Both the position numbers and the translations under genes were made by a program. Below, in pieces: positions 10,205 to 19,676 of a stretch of DNA of 64,000 bases; the stretch's first letter is position 1, and every line of letters starts with the position of its first letter. The notes below the pieces were generated by a model. The model was not told the origin of the DNA. It was given only the letters and a program-made list of their open reading frames with translations, and ran no database searches. The DNA is from an uncultured Gemmataceae bacterium (GTDB taxonomy: Bacteria > Planctomycetota > Planctomycetia > Gemmatales > Gemmataceae): assembly GCA_963750165.1 (NCBI GenBank), contig CAVVPN010000004.1:800001-864000 (forward strand), read 5' to 3'.

Positions 10205-10870
10205 CCCAGCACCGTTTTTTTCATGATTGAGTCCTTCATCGGGGTCCTGGACTTCACTGACTAACTCGCCTGGTATTCTGTCGATCCTGTCCACGACCAC
10301 CCCCGACGTGCTGTGCATGTCCTGATAGACACGAGTCTCGAGAGGTAGGTGGGTCATGTCCACCCGAACGATGCCCCAGTTTGGATCATTGAACTTATTT
10401 TTCTGGCTGAGTATCTTCAACCACCATTCAGCGCTGTCGTTCTCCTCGCCGACGTGTGTCAGTTTTTCGCAGACGTGGATGACCCCCTTCGTGTCTGGGT
10501 AGTTTGAAGCCTGTCGCTCAGCGTTGCTCGGTAGCAAACCCTCCTTGCGAATAGTCGGGATCAGGCAGGACCGAGTCGCATGGTAAGCGACAGTCAATGT
10601 CCTTGACAGGATCGGAGCCACAGCGAAGGTTGGGTAAGTCTTGTCCCGACCCGTCGTGACGAAGAGCCAACCTATCGCGTCAAGTTCCTTCCGCAGTTGC
10701 TTGACAACCGATGCAAGGTCGAAGTGCGGATTGTAATCGACCATCATGCAGTGGTGGCCGCAGAGCTCATCGTTGCCTATGCGGATGCAGGCCGGTCCTA
10801 AAAGTCGCCGTACAAGCTTGTAGGCATCCAAAGCGATGTGCTTCGTCCAGAAGGCGAAAGCGTCATCCAT
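10205..10870 (-). CDS. Hypothetical protein with possible Tpt1/KptA-like ADP-ribosyltransferase fold; reads in frame into TMEM175
   Basis: YHATRSCLIPTIRKEGLLPS...VIHVC resembles the YHGT..I..EGL...IHLS pattern; visibly lower GC than flanks. Confidence 0.5.
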
Positions 10871-10900
10871 TCGGCGCACCTCTCACCAAATCGCCACGAT

Positions 10901-11128
10901 TCACTTGCTTGGTTTCTCTTCGTAAACGACAGCGTCTTCCCAGTCCTCTGGATCGAGATTCGCCAACCCCGGATACATGAGCCGGGCGTCGTCTTCATCG
11001 AGCAGATCCTTGAAGCGGTCGTAAACCTCCCGGCGGACCAGGACGTATTCGGTTCGCGTCTCAGGGTCGATGGCGACTGGTTCGGGGGAACCCAATTCCT
11101 GGCGTTGTTGTTCAGTCAGTTCGAACAT
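10901..11128 (-). CDS. Small antitoxin-like protein (MFELTEQQRQEL...YVLVRREVYDR)
   Basis: AAGGAG RBS; acidic C-terminus; paralogous to 14677..14928, which overlaps a PemK-like start. Confidence 0.65.
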   Translation of the reverse strand: MFELTEQQRQELGSPEPVAIDPETRTEYVLVRREVYDRFKDLLDEDDARLMYPGLANLDPEDWEDAVVYEEKPSK

Positions 11129-11310
11129 TGGTTTCTCCTTTGGCGGCATTTTACCTGCCTTCCACCTCGTTCAACAAGTTTTTCCCGGTGGACTTTCCTG
11201 CTCGCCTTCTGAAGCCCGTTACGGCTGCTGGCTGCAACCGCGACAACCCCGTAAAATCCGCGTATCGACGTGCCACCCTCCCAGGTCTCCGTGCGGGAAG
11301 GACATTGACC

Positions 11311-14300
11311 ATGACGTTGCGTGCGCTGTTGCGTGGCTGGCTGTTGCTGGCCGCGCTCGCCCTGGCCCTGCTCCCAATCACCCCCCCCCGGGCCTGGGCG
11401 GACGATGAAGAGGAAAAACTCAGCAAGGATCCGACGCCCTTCAACCGGCTGAAGTATCGCAACATCGGCCCCTACGCCGGTGGCCGTGTTTGTCGCTCCG
11501 TCGGCGTCCCGAACAATCCGCTGGTCTATTACACCGCGACCGCGTCCGGCGGCGTCTGGAAGAGCACCGACGCCGGCATCACCTGGAAGCCCATCTTCGA
11601 CGACCAGCCGACCGCCACCGCCGGCAGCATCGCCGTGGCCCCGAGCGACTCGAACGTCGTTTACGTCGGTTCCGGCGAGGCCAACATCCGCGGCGACGTG
11701 GCCGAGGGCAACGGCATCTACCGCTCCACCAACGGCGGCAAATCGTGGGAGCATGTCTGGAAGCAGCGCGGCCAGGTCGGCCACATGATCGTGCATCCGA
11801 AGAACCCGAACGTTGCTTTTGCGGCGGTGCTCGGCCGGCCATTCGGGCCCAATCCCGAGCGCGGCGTCTACCGCACCACCAACGGCGGCAAGAACTGGAA
11901 GCAGGTGCTCAGCAAGGACGCCGACACCGGCGCCATCGACGTGTGCTTCGACCCGACCAACCCGCGCATCCTGTTCGCGGCGTTGTGGCAGGCGCGGCGC
12001 TATCCGTGGGCGTTCTCCAGCGGCGGCCCCGGCAGCGGACTCTACCGCTCCGAGGACAGTGGCGACACCTGGAAGCAACTCAAGGGCAAGGGCCTGCCGG
12101 ACGGCATCTGGGGCCGCGTTGGCGTCGCGGTGGCGCCGAGCAACGGCCAGCGCGTCTATGCGCTCATCGAGGCCGACAAGGGCGGCCTGTACCGCTCCGA
12201 CGACGGCGGCGATTCGTGGTCGCTCGTCAACGGCGAGCACGCATTGCGTGTGCGGCCCTGGTACTTCTCCACAGTCCACGTTGATCCGCGCAACCCAGAT
12301 GTGGTGTACTGTCCCAACCTGGGCCTGCTGAAAAGCAGCGACGGCGGCAAAAAATTCAAGCGCGTCAAGGGGCCGCACCACGGCGACCATCACGATCTGT
12401 GGATCGACCCGACCAATCCGAAGCGCATGATCGACAGCAACGACGGCGGCGTGGACATCACCACCAACGGCGGCGCCACCTGGTTCTGGCCGCCAATGCC
12501 GATCAGCCAGTTCTATCATGTCAACGCGGACAATCGGACGCCGTACCACATCATGGGCAACATGCAGGACCTCGGCACCGCGGCGGGACCGAGCAACAGT
12601 CTGAATACCGCCGGCATCCAGCTGTGCGACTGGTACGGCGTCGGTGGCGGCGAAACCGGCTTCAGCGTGCCGGACCCGGACAACCCGAACGTCGTCTACG
12701 CCGGCGAGTACGGCGGCGCCCTGACGCGCTTCGACCTGCGCACGCGCCAGGCCCGCAACGTCAGCGCCTACCCCTACAACGGTTCGGGCCACGGCGCGGA
12801 GCAGCTGAAGGTGCGCTTTCAGTGGACGGCCCCGGCGATGATCTCCAGTCACGATAAATCGGTGTACCACGGCGCCAACGTGCTGTTCCGCAGCAGCGAC
12901 GGCGGCAAAACCTGGAAGGCGATCAGCCCCGACCTGACGCGCGACGACAGGAGCAAGCAAAAATTCTCCGGCGGCCCCATCACTGGCGACAACACCGGCG
13001 CCGAGATGTACTGCACCATTTTCGCCCTCGCGGAGTCGCCGAAACAGGCGGGCGTGCTGTGGGCCGGCAGCGACGACGGCCTCGTCCACGTCAGCCGCGA
13101 CGGCGGCAAGAGCTGGGATAATGTCACAAAAAACATCCCGAAGATGCCGAACTGGGGCACCGTCGCCTGCATTGAGGCGTCGCCCTTCGACGCCAGCACC
13201 GCGTACGTCGTCGTGGACAACCACCGCATGGATGACCTTACGCCCTACCTCTACAAGACGACCGACCACGGCAAGACCTGGCAGAACCTCAGCGGCAAGA
13301 TGGACCGCGCGGTATACCTGCACGCCGTCCGCGAGGATCCGACGAGCAAGGGACTGCTGTTCGTGGGCACGGAGCGCGGCGTGCTGTTCTCGCCGGACGA
13401 CGGCGCCACCTGGCTGCCGTTCAAACTGAACATGCCCACCGTCGCCGTCCACGACCTGCACGTCAAGCACAACGACCTGGTCGTCGGCACGCACGGCCGC
13501 TCGCTGTGGATCTTCGACAACCTGACGCCCGTGCGGCAGCTGCGGAAATTACTGACGAAACCGGAGAAGGACTATCCGGAGGTTATTTGGTTCAAGGACG
13601 ACCTGGCCGCCGCGATCCGCTGGCGTTATCATGCACCGATCTACTCGACGGAGGACCGCCACGCCGCGCCGAACCCGCCGAAGGGCGCCGTCCTGCACTA
13701 CTACCTGAAGAAGCCAGCGAAGGAACTGACGCTCGACGTGCTCGACGCCAAGGGCCAGCTGGTGCGGCAGTTCACGAGCAAGAAATCCTCGCCGTCCGAG
13801 CCGACACCGGCGGCGGACCTGGAGCCGTCGGAGGACGACCCCGACGCCGGCGAGTCCTACAAGCCGGTGAAGCTCTCGGTCAAGGCGGGACTGCATCGCG
13901 TTGTGTGGGACCTGCAGTACGAGGGGGCGAAGCTGATCCCTGGCGCGAAGATCGACAACGGCAACCCGCGCGTCGGGCCGCTGGCCAACCCCGGCAAATA
14001 CACGCTGCGGCTCAAGGTGGACGGCAAGGAATTCCCGGCCGCGACCGTTGAAGTGCTGCTCGACCCACGGACCAAGGTGTCCGCGAAAGACTTCGCCGAA
14101 CAGCTGGAACTCGCGCTGAAGGTGCGCGACGACATCAGCCGTGTGACCGCGCTGGTCAAGGCGCTGCGCTCCGTCAAGAAGCAGATCGAGCGCCGCGCCG
14201 CACTGCTGCGCGACGAGCCCAAGGCCAGGTCGCTGCTCAAGCAGGGCAAGGCGCTGGTGGAGAAAATCGACAAGTTGGAGGAGCAGTTGCACAACCCGCG

Positions 14301-14568
14301 GGCCAAGGTCGCTTATGACATCCTGGCGCAGAAGGGCGGCGCCAAACTGTACTCGCAACTGGCCAACACGCTGGAGAACCTCAAGGACGCCGATGGCGCC
14401 CCGACGCAGGGCGTGCGCGAGGTGTACGCCGACTTCGCGCGCGAGCTGCGGCAGCTGGATGCGGAGGTGCGCAAGTTGTTCGCCGGGCCGCTGGCGGAGC
14501 TGAACGACGCGGCGCGCAAGGGCGACTTGCCGACGCTGGTGGTGCCGAAGCTGCCGCCGGCGCCGTGA
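11311..14568 (+). CDS. Secreted BNR/Asp-box repeat (Vps10/sortilin-like) glycosyl hydrolase
   Basis: Signal peptide, YRNIGP..GGR start, many S.DGG.TW Asp-boxes, GTHGRS, C-terminal coiled coil. Confidence 0.88.
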   Translation: MTLRALLRGWLLLAALALALLPITPPRAWADDEEEKLSKDPTPFNRLKYRNIGPYAGGRVCRSVGVPNNPLVYYTATASGGVWKSTDAGITWKPIFDDQPTATAGSIAVAPSDSNVVYVGSGEANIRGDVAEGNGIYRSTNGGKSWEHVWKQRGQVGHMIVHPKNPNVAFAAVLGRPFGPNPERGVYRTTNGGKNWKQVLSKDADTGAIDVCFDPTNPRILFAALWQARRYPWAFSSGGPGSGLYRSEDSGDTWKQLKGKGLPDGIWGRVGVAVAPSNGQRVYALIEADKGGLYRSDDGGDSWSLVNGEHALRVRPWYFSTVHVDPRNPDVVYCPNLGLLKSSDGGKKFKRVKGPHHGDHHDLWIDPTNPKRMIDSNDGGVDITTNGGATWFWPPMPISQFYHVNADNRTPYHIMGNMQDLGTAAGPSNSLNTAGIQLCDWYGVGGGETGFSVPDPDNPNVVYAGEYGGALTRFDLRTRQARNVSAYPYNGSGHGAEQLKVRFQWTAPAMISSHDKSVYHGANVLFRSSDGGKTWKAISPDLTRDDRSKQKFSGGPITGDNTGAEMYCTIFALAESPKQAGVLWAGSDDGLVHVSRDGGKSWDNVTKNIPKMPNWGTVACIEASPFDASTAYVVVDNHRMDDLTPYLYKTTDHGKTWQNLSGKMDRAVYLHAVREDPTSKGLLFVGTERGVLFSPDDGATWLPFKLNMPTVAVHDLHVKHNDLVVGTHGRSLWIFDNLTPVRQLRKLLTKPEKDYPEVIWFKDDLAAAIRWRYHAPIYSTEDRHAAPNPPKGAVLHYYLKKPAKELTLDVLDAKGQLVRQFTSKKSSPSEPTPAADLEPSEDDPDAGESYKPVKLSVKAGLHRVVWDLQYEGAKLIPGAKIDNGNPRVGPLANPGKYTLRLKVDGKEFPAATVEVLLDPRTKVSAKDFAEQLELALKVRDDISRVTALVKALRSVKKQIERRAALLRDEPKARSLLKQGKALVEKIDKLEEQLHNPRAKVAYDILAQKGGAKLYSQLANTLENLKDADGAPTQGVREVYADFARELRQLDAEVRKLFAGPLAELNDAARKGDLPTLVVPKLPPAP

Positions 14569-14676
14569 ATATCGGAAAGCACTGTGAACACTTCCGGGGA
14601 AATCGTCCGGCGCGGGCCATCACGTCGGCCTTGCCGCTTGTGAAGCGCAGGTAAGATGCCAAGAAAGGAGGTCACG

Positions 14677-14928
14677 ATGATCGAACTGACCGAACAACAA
14701 GTGCAAGCCATTGCCGCTGCCGGAACAATACCGCCCGTCGTCGTGGGCCCGAAGACGTAGACCCCTTACGTTCTGCTGCGCCAGGACATTTACGAACGGC
14801 TGAAGGAAAAAGGGTACGATGACTGCCCCTGGACGGACGAGGAGATGGAACTGCTGGCCTGGGAGGCTGGTAAGCAAGCCGGGTGGGAGGACATGGACGA
14901 CTACGACCATTACCCGAAGAAGCGATGA
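14677..14928 (+). pseudogene. Antitoxin-like gene with in-frame TAG at 14758-14760
   Basis: AGGAGG RBS; MIELTEQQVQAI...PKT*TPYVLLRQDIYERL...WEDMDDYD aligns with 10901..11128. Confidence 0.7.
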
Positions 14929-14966
14929 ACCGTGGCGACGTGCTCCTGGCGCGTTTTCCTCACCCC
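14925..14966 (+). pseudogene. N-terminal stub of PemK/MazF-family toxin truncated by repeat element
   Basis: ATGA overlap with antitoxin stop; MNRGDVLLARFPHP is a typical PemK N-terminus; frame then runs into the repeat. Confidence 0.6.
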
Positions 14967-15336
14967 GCGGTTCGCAGTCGCGTGGGCCACGAACGGCAAG
15001 GCCGGCGCTCCCGAGCCGTCCTGCCAGCGGCGCGCACCGCCCAGGGAGGCCGAATCTCGACGTATGAAAAAGTTGGCGTTCTTGGCGTCCTTGGCGTCCT
15101 TGCTGTGGCAACCGCCGCCGTTGGTTGTCGAGCGGTGCCAGCCGCACGGAGCCAGGGCGCCGCATCTCGACGTGCGAAAACGTTGGCTCCCTTGGCTCCC
15201 TTGGCTCCCTTGCTGCGACAGAAAAGGCCGCGGATGGTCAAGTCGTGCCCGTCGTCCCACCCCCGTGCGCGATCCGCGCGAATGGTGCCCCGGCTGCCGC
15301 CGGCGCCGGGAGCGTTCACCGGAGCGAACCCTCCAG
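14964..15336 (+). mobile_element. MITE-like element with two 110-bp internal units
   Basis: Begins cgcggttcgcagtcgcgtgggccacgaacggc, ends gcgaaccctccag; atctcgacgt at 15054 and 15164; homologous to 41074..41289 and 52680..52976. Confidence 0.75.
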
Positions 15337-15349
15337 CCCTGCCGGTGGT

Positions 15350-15379
15350 TTGACCTTGCCCCCGCCGCCGGTTTACAAT
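15350..15379 (+). promoter_or_regulatory. Possible sigma70-type promoter upstream of otsA-like gene
   Basis: TTGACC-N18-TACAAT about 110 bp upstream of ATG 15489. Confidence 0.35.
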
Positions 15380-15488
15380 TCAGCTACTTGTCCATGACCG
15401 GCGTGACCCGTTCCATGAGCCCTGCGACCGCAACTACACGTCAACCAGTCGCCCTGCGTTCGAGCTCTTCACCCGAAAGAAGGCCCCC

Positions 15489-17225
15489 ATGTGGACGAAA
15501 CAGGCCCTGAACGACCTGATCCGCGACAAGCTGGCCGACTACAAGCTGATCGCCGTCGCCAACCGTGAGCCGTACATCCACCGCCACGACGGCAGCCGCA
15601 TCGCCTGCTTGCAGCCGGCCAGCGGCATGGCCACCGCCCTCGACCCGGTCATGCGCGCCTGCGGCGGCACCTGGGTGGCGCACGGCAGCGGCGACGCCGA
15701 CCGCCAGACCGTGGACGCCCACGACCGCGTCGCCGTGCCCCCCGACGACCCGCGCTACACCCTGCGCCGCGTCTGGCTGAGCCGCGAGCAGGAGGCCGGC
15801 TACTACTACGGCCTGGCCAACGAGGGCCTGTGGCCGCTGTGCCACGTCGCCTACACGCGCCCCATGTTTGACCCCGACCACTGGAAGGTCTACCGCCAGG
15901 TCAACGAGCACTTCGCCCGCGCGGTTCTGGAGGAGGCCGGCTCCCGGCCGACCTTCGTGTTCATCCAGGACTACCACTTCGGCCTGCTGCCGCGGCTGCT
16001 CAAACAGGCCAACCCCAACCTGGTCGTGGCCCAGTTCTGGCACATCCCCTGGCCCAACCGCGAGGTCGTGCGCACCTTCCCCTGGAAGGACGAGCTGCTC
16101 GATGGCCTGCTCGGCAACGACCTGCTCGGCTTCCACCTGCGCTACCATTGTCAGAACTTCCTGGAGACGGTGGACCGGGCCTTCGAAGCCAAGGTGGACC
16201 AGGAGCGCTCCGAGGTGGCGCGCGGCGGCAAGACGACGCTGGTGCGGCCCTTCCCCATCAGCATCGACTTCGACCAGCACTGTGCCACGGCGCTGAGCCC
16301 GACGGTGACGGCGCGCATGGCAGCGTGGCGCGAGGAACTGCGGTTGGACGGCCAGATCGTGGGCGTTGGCATCGACCGGCTCGACTACACCAAGGGCATC
16401 CCGGATCGCCTGCACGGCCTGAACCTCTTCCTGGAACAGCACCCGGACTACCGCGGCCGGCTGGTGTTCGTGCAGGTCGGCGTGCCGACGCGCTCGCACC
16501 TGCCGCAGTACCGGGCGGTCGAGGACGAGGTAGACCGCCTGGTGGAGCAGGTCAACTGGCGCTGGGGCACCGACAACTGGCAGCCGGTGGTGTTCCTGAA
16601 ACGGCACCACGACCAGCCGGACCTGATGGCCCTGCACCGGCTGGCGCACTTCTGCGTCGTCAGCTCGCTGCACGACGGCATGAACCTGGTGGGCAAGGAG
16701 TACGTCTCCAGCCGCACCGATGAGGACGGCGTGTTGATCCTGAGTCAGTTCACCGGGGCGGCCCGCGAGATGCCTGACGCCCTGCTGGTGAACCCGTACG
16801 CCGTGGAGGAAATCGCGGCGGCCGTCGGGCGGGCCGTCGAGATGCCCGCGGCGGAGCGGCACAAGCGCATGCGCAAACTGCGCCAGGCGGTCGCGGACAA
16901 CAACGTCTACCGCTGGGCCGGCAAGATCATTTCGGCACTGCTGCGGTTCGATTTCCCGGAGGGCTGCGGGGCCGGGTCGGGGGCGCTTTGCGCGGTTCTT
17001 GTCGAGGATCGCCACCAGGATGAGCGCGAAGGCGAAGAGGCGCACCCAGTACAGGGCGTCGCCGCGCTCCCCCGCCGGCTTGAGCAGCGCCAGCGCGAAG
17101 CGGTTGACGGCGAGGACGACAAAGGCGACGGCGAAGAAGGCGAACAGCCGGTCGCGCGTGTTGCGCGCAGAAGCGCAGGAAGAACAGCCCGGCCACGGCG
17201 AACCCCATGCCGATCGCGCCCATGA
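15489..17225 (+). CDS. otsA: Trehalose-6-phosphate synthase (GT20); family-like sequence ends near 16965 and the stop appears lost
   Basis: VANREPY, YYYGLANEGLWPLCH, QDYH, FWHIPWP, DRLDYTKG, DGMNLVGKEY, ILSQFTGAA, LLVNPY. Confidence 0.88.
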   Translation: MWTKQALNDLIRDKLADYKLIAVANREPYIHRHDGSRIACLQPASGMATALDPVMRACGGTWVAHGSGDADRQTVDAHDRVAVPPDDPRYTLRRVWLSREQEAGYYYGLANEGLWPLCHVAYTRPMFDPDHWKVYRQVNEHFARAVLEEAGSRPTFVFIQDYHFGLLPRLLKQANPNLVVAQFWHIPWPNREVVRTFPWKDELLDGLLGNDLLGFHLRYHCQNFLETVDRAFEAKVDQERSEVARGGKTTLVRPFPISIDFDQHCATALSPTVTARMAAWREELRLDGQIVGVGIDRLDYTKGIPDRLHGLNLFLEQHPDYRGRLVFVQVGVPTRSHLPQYRAVEDEVDRLVEQVNWRWGTDNWQPVVFLKRHHDQPDLMALHRLAHFCVVSSLHDGMNLVGKEYVSSRTDEDGVLILSQFTGAAREMPDALLVNPYAVEEIAAAVGRAVEMPAAERHKRMRKLRQAVADNNVYRWAGKIISALLRFDFPEGCGAGSGALCAVLVEDRHQDEREGEEAHPVQGVAALPRRLEQRQREAVDGEDDKGDGEEGEQPVARVARRSAGRTARPRRTPCRSRP

Positions 17226-17238
17226 TGACCTGATGCAC
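16975..17238 (-). CDS. DUF5985-family small membrane protein; frameshift near 17165, stop missing (end approximate)
   Basis: AGLFFLRF[W]RNTRDRLFAFFAVAF...YWVRLFAFALILVAILDKNR. Confidence 0.7.
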
Positions 17239-17271
17239 CGCTCGCCTCCGAATCCCGCGCCGTCGCGGCGC

Positions 17272-17529
17272 TCACCGGACCTCCCAGACCAGGCCGAACA
17301 GCAACAGCGCCACCCCGAACAGGCCGGCGGCCAGGTGGAACGCCGACAGGTCCACCTCGGGAACCATGACCAGGTCCACGAACAGCAGCAGGTTGTCCAG
17401 GGTCAGCGCCAAAAAGCAGAGGCCGCACCACAGCAGCAGCCGCAGCCCGCGGCGGCGGTAGCCGCGCAACAGGAGCGAGCCGCACACCAGCGCGGTCGCC
17501 GCACAGAGGAGGTATACGAAGCCTTCCAC
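17272..17529 (-). CDS. DUF5985-family small membrane protein
   Basis: VYLLCAATALVCGSLLLRGYRR..RLLLWCGLCF..L.LDNLLLFVDL; three TM segments. Confidence 0.8.
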   Translation of the reverse strand: MEGFVYLLCAATALVCGSLLLRGYRRRGLRLLLWCGLCFLALTLDNLLLFVDLVMVPEVDLSAFHLAAGLFGVALLLFGLVWEVR

Positions 17530-17530
17530 C

Positions 17531-17908
17531 TCAGCCGTCCTTTTTCAATCGGAACGCATCGGCGAACGCCTGCAGCGCCGGGTTGGCGCGGGCGTACACC
17601 ATGCGGATCATGGTCACCGGGCGTTCGTTGTACATCTGCAGCAGGCGCTCCAGCAGGGCCGCCAGTTCCGGCGTGGCCGCGCCGTACCGGTACAGCGGCT
17701 CGGGGCCCCCGACGAGCAAGAGTCCGCGCTCCTTCAAGGTGGCCAGGTGCGGCCCGAGTCCCGCGGATGCCTGGACGAGTCCGGCGAGGTCCGCCACCGC
17801 CCAGAGCCGCCCCCGGTCCCCCGCCAGGATGCGCAGGATTTCCAGCTGTTCGACCGACCCGATGTTCGCGTTCAGGAATCGCTCGACATCTTCCGGAAAC
17901 GCTTCCAC
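17531..17908 (-). CDS. Conserved hypothetical protein (wHTH-like) preceding the DUF5985 pair
   Basis: GGAG RBS + GTG; FL..NIGSVEQLEILRIL...ALQAFADAFRLKK. Confidence 0.7.
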   Translation of the reverse strand: MEAFPEDVERFLNANIGSVEQLEILRILAGDRGRLWAVADLAGLVQASAGLGPHLATLKERGLLLVGGPEPLYRYGAATPELAALLERLLQMYNERPVTMIRMVYARANPALQAFADAFRLKKDG

Positions 17909-18127
17909 AAATAATCTCCGGCTCGCGGTAGGGGTCCGCCTGCACCGCCCGGGCTGGCTGGCACACGCGCCGCGGTTGGCGCGAGGCATCGCGAGGAAAG
18001 GTTGCAACTTCAGGGCCATTGTAGAGCGAAAATCCTCAATCCGATAGGCGCCCTGGGTGGCGCGCGCCGACCAAAAACCATACACTGACAGCAAACCTCC
18101 CCAACTGTTTTCGCAGGAGATGCACCA

Positions 18128-19438
18128 ATGCGAGGCAAGCCGTTGCTATCCCTGGTACTGCTGGCGCTGCTGGCCGGCGGCGTGCGGGCGCAGGACAAGA
18201 CGTACGAGATCACCGTCACCGCCGGCAAACACGATTACAAGAACGTGCCCGTGGTCGTGCCGCTCAGCGTGCCGAAGAACCTGGCCTTCACCAAGCATGT
18301 GATGCTGACCCGGCCGGCCGGAGCCCAGTTGCCCGGCCAACTGACCGCTCCCGGTCTGACCACCGAACACCTCAAGCCGAAGGGCGACGGCCTGGTGCGG
18401 TTGGACCTGCACTTCCTCCTCCCCGAACTCAAGGCCGGCGACGCCACGACCTTGACTCTGAATCTCTACCGGAAGAAGTTCGGCATGCCGGCCTTCAGCT
18501 ATCTCTGGCAGGACACCCTCGGCCAGCACGCCGATCTGTACTATGGGCGTACCCCTGAGGGTGGGAATACGGGAGAAAAGACCCCCGTGGTGCGTTACAT
18601 GTACAAGGCCCTCGACGAGTCGAGCAAGGACGCCCGCGATGCGACGTACAAGCCGTTCCATCACCTCTTCAACCCGGAGGGCACGCGCGTTGTGACCAAT
18701 GGCGGCCCGAAGGGACTGTATCCGCACCACCGCGGTTTTTACTTCGCGTTCAACAAGTGCAGCTACGACGGCGGCAAGAAAAAGGCGGACGTGTGGCACT
18801 GCACCGGCGACGCCTACCAGTCGCACGACGGCTTTGTCCGCCAGGAGGGCGGGAACGTCCTGGGCCGCCACCGCGTGCTGGTCGGCTGGCACGGGCCGAA
18901 GAAGGAGAAGTTCGCCGAGGAGGAGCGTGAGGTCACGGTCTACGAAATGCCCGGCGGCACGCTGGTGGAGTTCGCGGCGCGTGTGAAAACGCTGGTCGGC
19001 CCGGTGCGGCTGGACGGCGACCCGCAGCACGCCGGCTTCCACTTCCGCGCTGCCAACGACGTCGCCGAGAAGACCGCCAAGCAGACCTACTACGTCCGCC
19101 CCGACGGCAAGGGCAAGCCGGACGAGACGCGCAACTGGGACCCCAAGACGAAGAAGGGGCCGGTTGATCTGCCCTGGGACGTGCTGTGCTTTGTGCTGGA
19201 CGGCAAGCGCTACAGCGTCGAGTACCTGAACAGTCCGAGCAACCCGAAGCAGTCGCGTTTCAGCGAACGCAACTACGGCCGCTTCGGCTGCTACTTCGAG
19301 TACAATCTGACGAAGGACCGGCCGCTGCTGGTCGATTACCGCCTCTGGCTGCAAAACGGCGAAATGACCGTGCCGCAGGCGGTACAGCACTACACCAACT
19401 TCGCGACGCCGCCCAGCGTCACGGTCAAGGAGAAATAA
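18128..19438 (+). CDS. Secreted DUF6807/PmoA-like family protein
   Basis: Signal peptide; YKPFHHL, YPHHRG, DVWHC, HAGFHFRA, RNYGRFG motifs. Confidence 0.75.
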   Translation: MRGKPLLSLVLLALLAGGVRAQDKTYEITVTAGKHDYKNVPVVVPLSVPKNLAFTKHVMLTRPAGAQLPGQLTAPGLTTEHLKPKGDGLVRLDLHFLLPELKAGDATTLTLNLYRKKFGMPAFSYLWQDTLGQHADLYYGRTPEGGNTGEKTPVVRYMYKALDESSKDARDATYKPFHHLFNPEGTRVVTNGGPKGLYPHHRGFYFAFNKCSYDGGKKKADVWHCTGDAYQSHDGFVRQEGGNVLGRHRVLVGWHGPKKEKFAEEEREVTVYEMPGGTLVEFAARVKTLVGPVRLDGDPQHAGFHFRAANDVAEKTAKQTYYVRPDGKGKPDETRNWDPKTKKGPVDLPWDVLCFVLDGKRYSVEYLNSPSNPKQSRFSERNYGRFGCYFEYNLTKDRPLLVDYRLWLQNGEMTVPQAVQHYTNFATPPSVTVKEK

Positions 19439-19443
19439 TTCAT

Positions 19444-19522
19444 CCACAGATGACACAGATGACACAGATGACACAGATGAAAACCAATTGCTTGTTTTAT
19501 CGGTGACATCTGTGTCATCTGT
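19444..19522. repeat. CACAGATGA tandem 9-mer (x4) with inverted partner
   Basis: Four copies at 19445-19480; catctgtgtcatctgt at 19507-19522; same family at 36515-36582. Confidence 0.85.
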
Positions 19523-19676
19523 AGATTCAATCCGTCCCGCCTCCCGTCTCGTCTTTTCTTCGGATGCCTGCGCGAACACCCGGCGCCTGTTACACAGATG
19601 TTACTTGCTGAAAATCGCGGCACCCCTCATGATGGCCGTCGTTGGCCAGAGTACGGACCCCTTCGAGGAGGCGACC

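Noticed and set aside
15064..15160. Repeat-encoded peptide MKKLA.LA.LA.LLWQ resembling a signal peptide
   Set aside because: No RBS, the start codon is not kept in all units, and the 110-bp period breaks the frame
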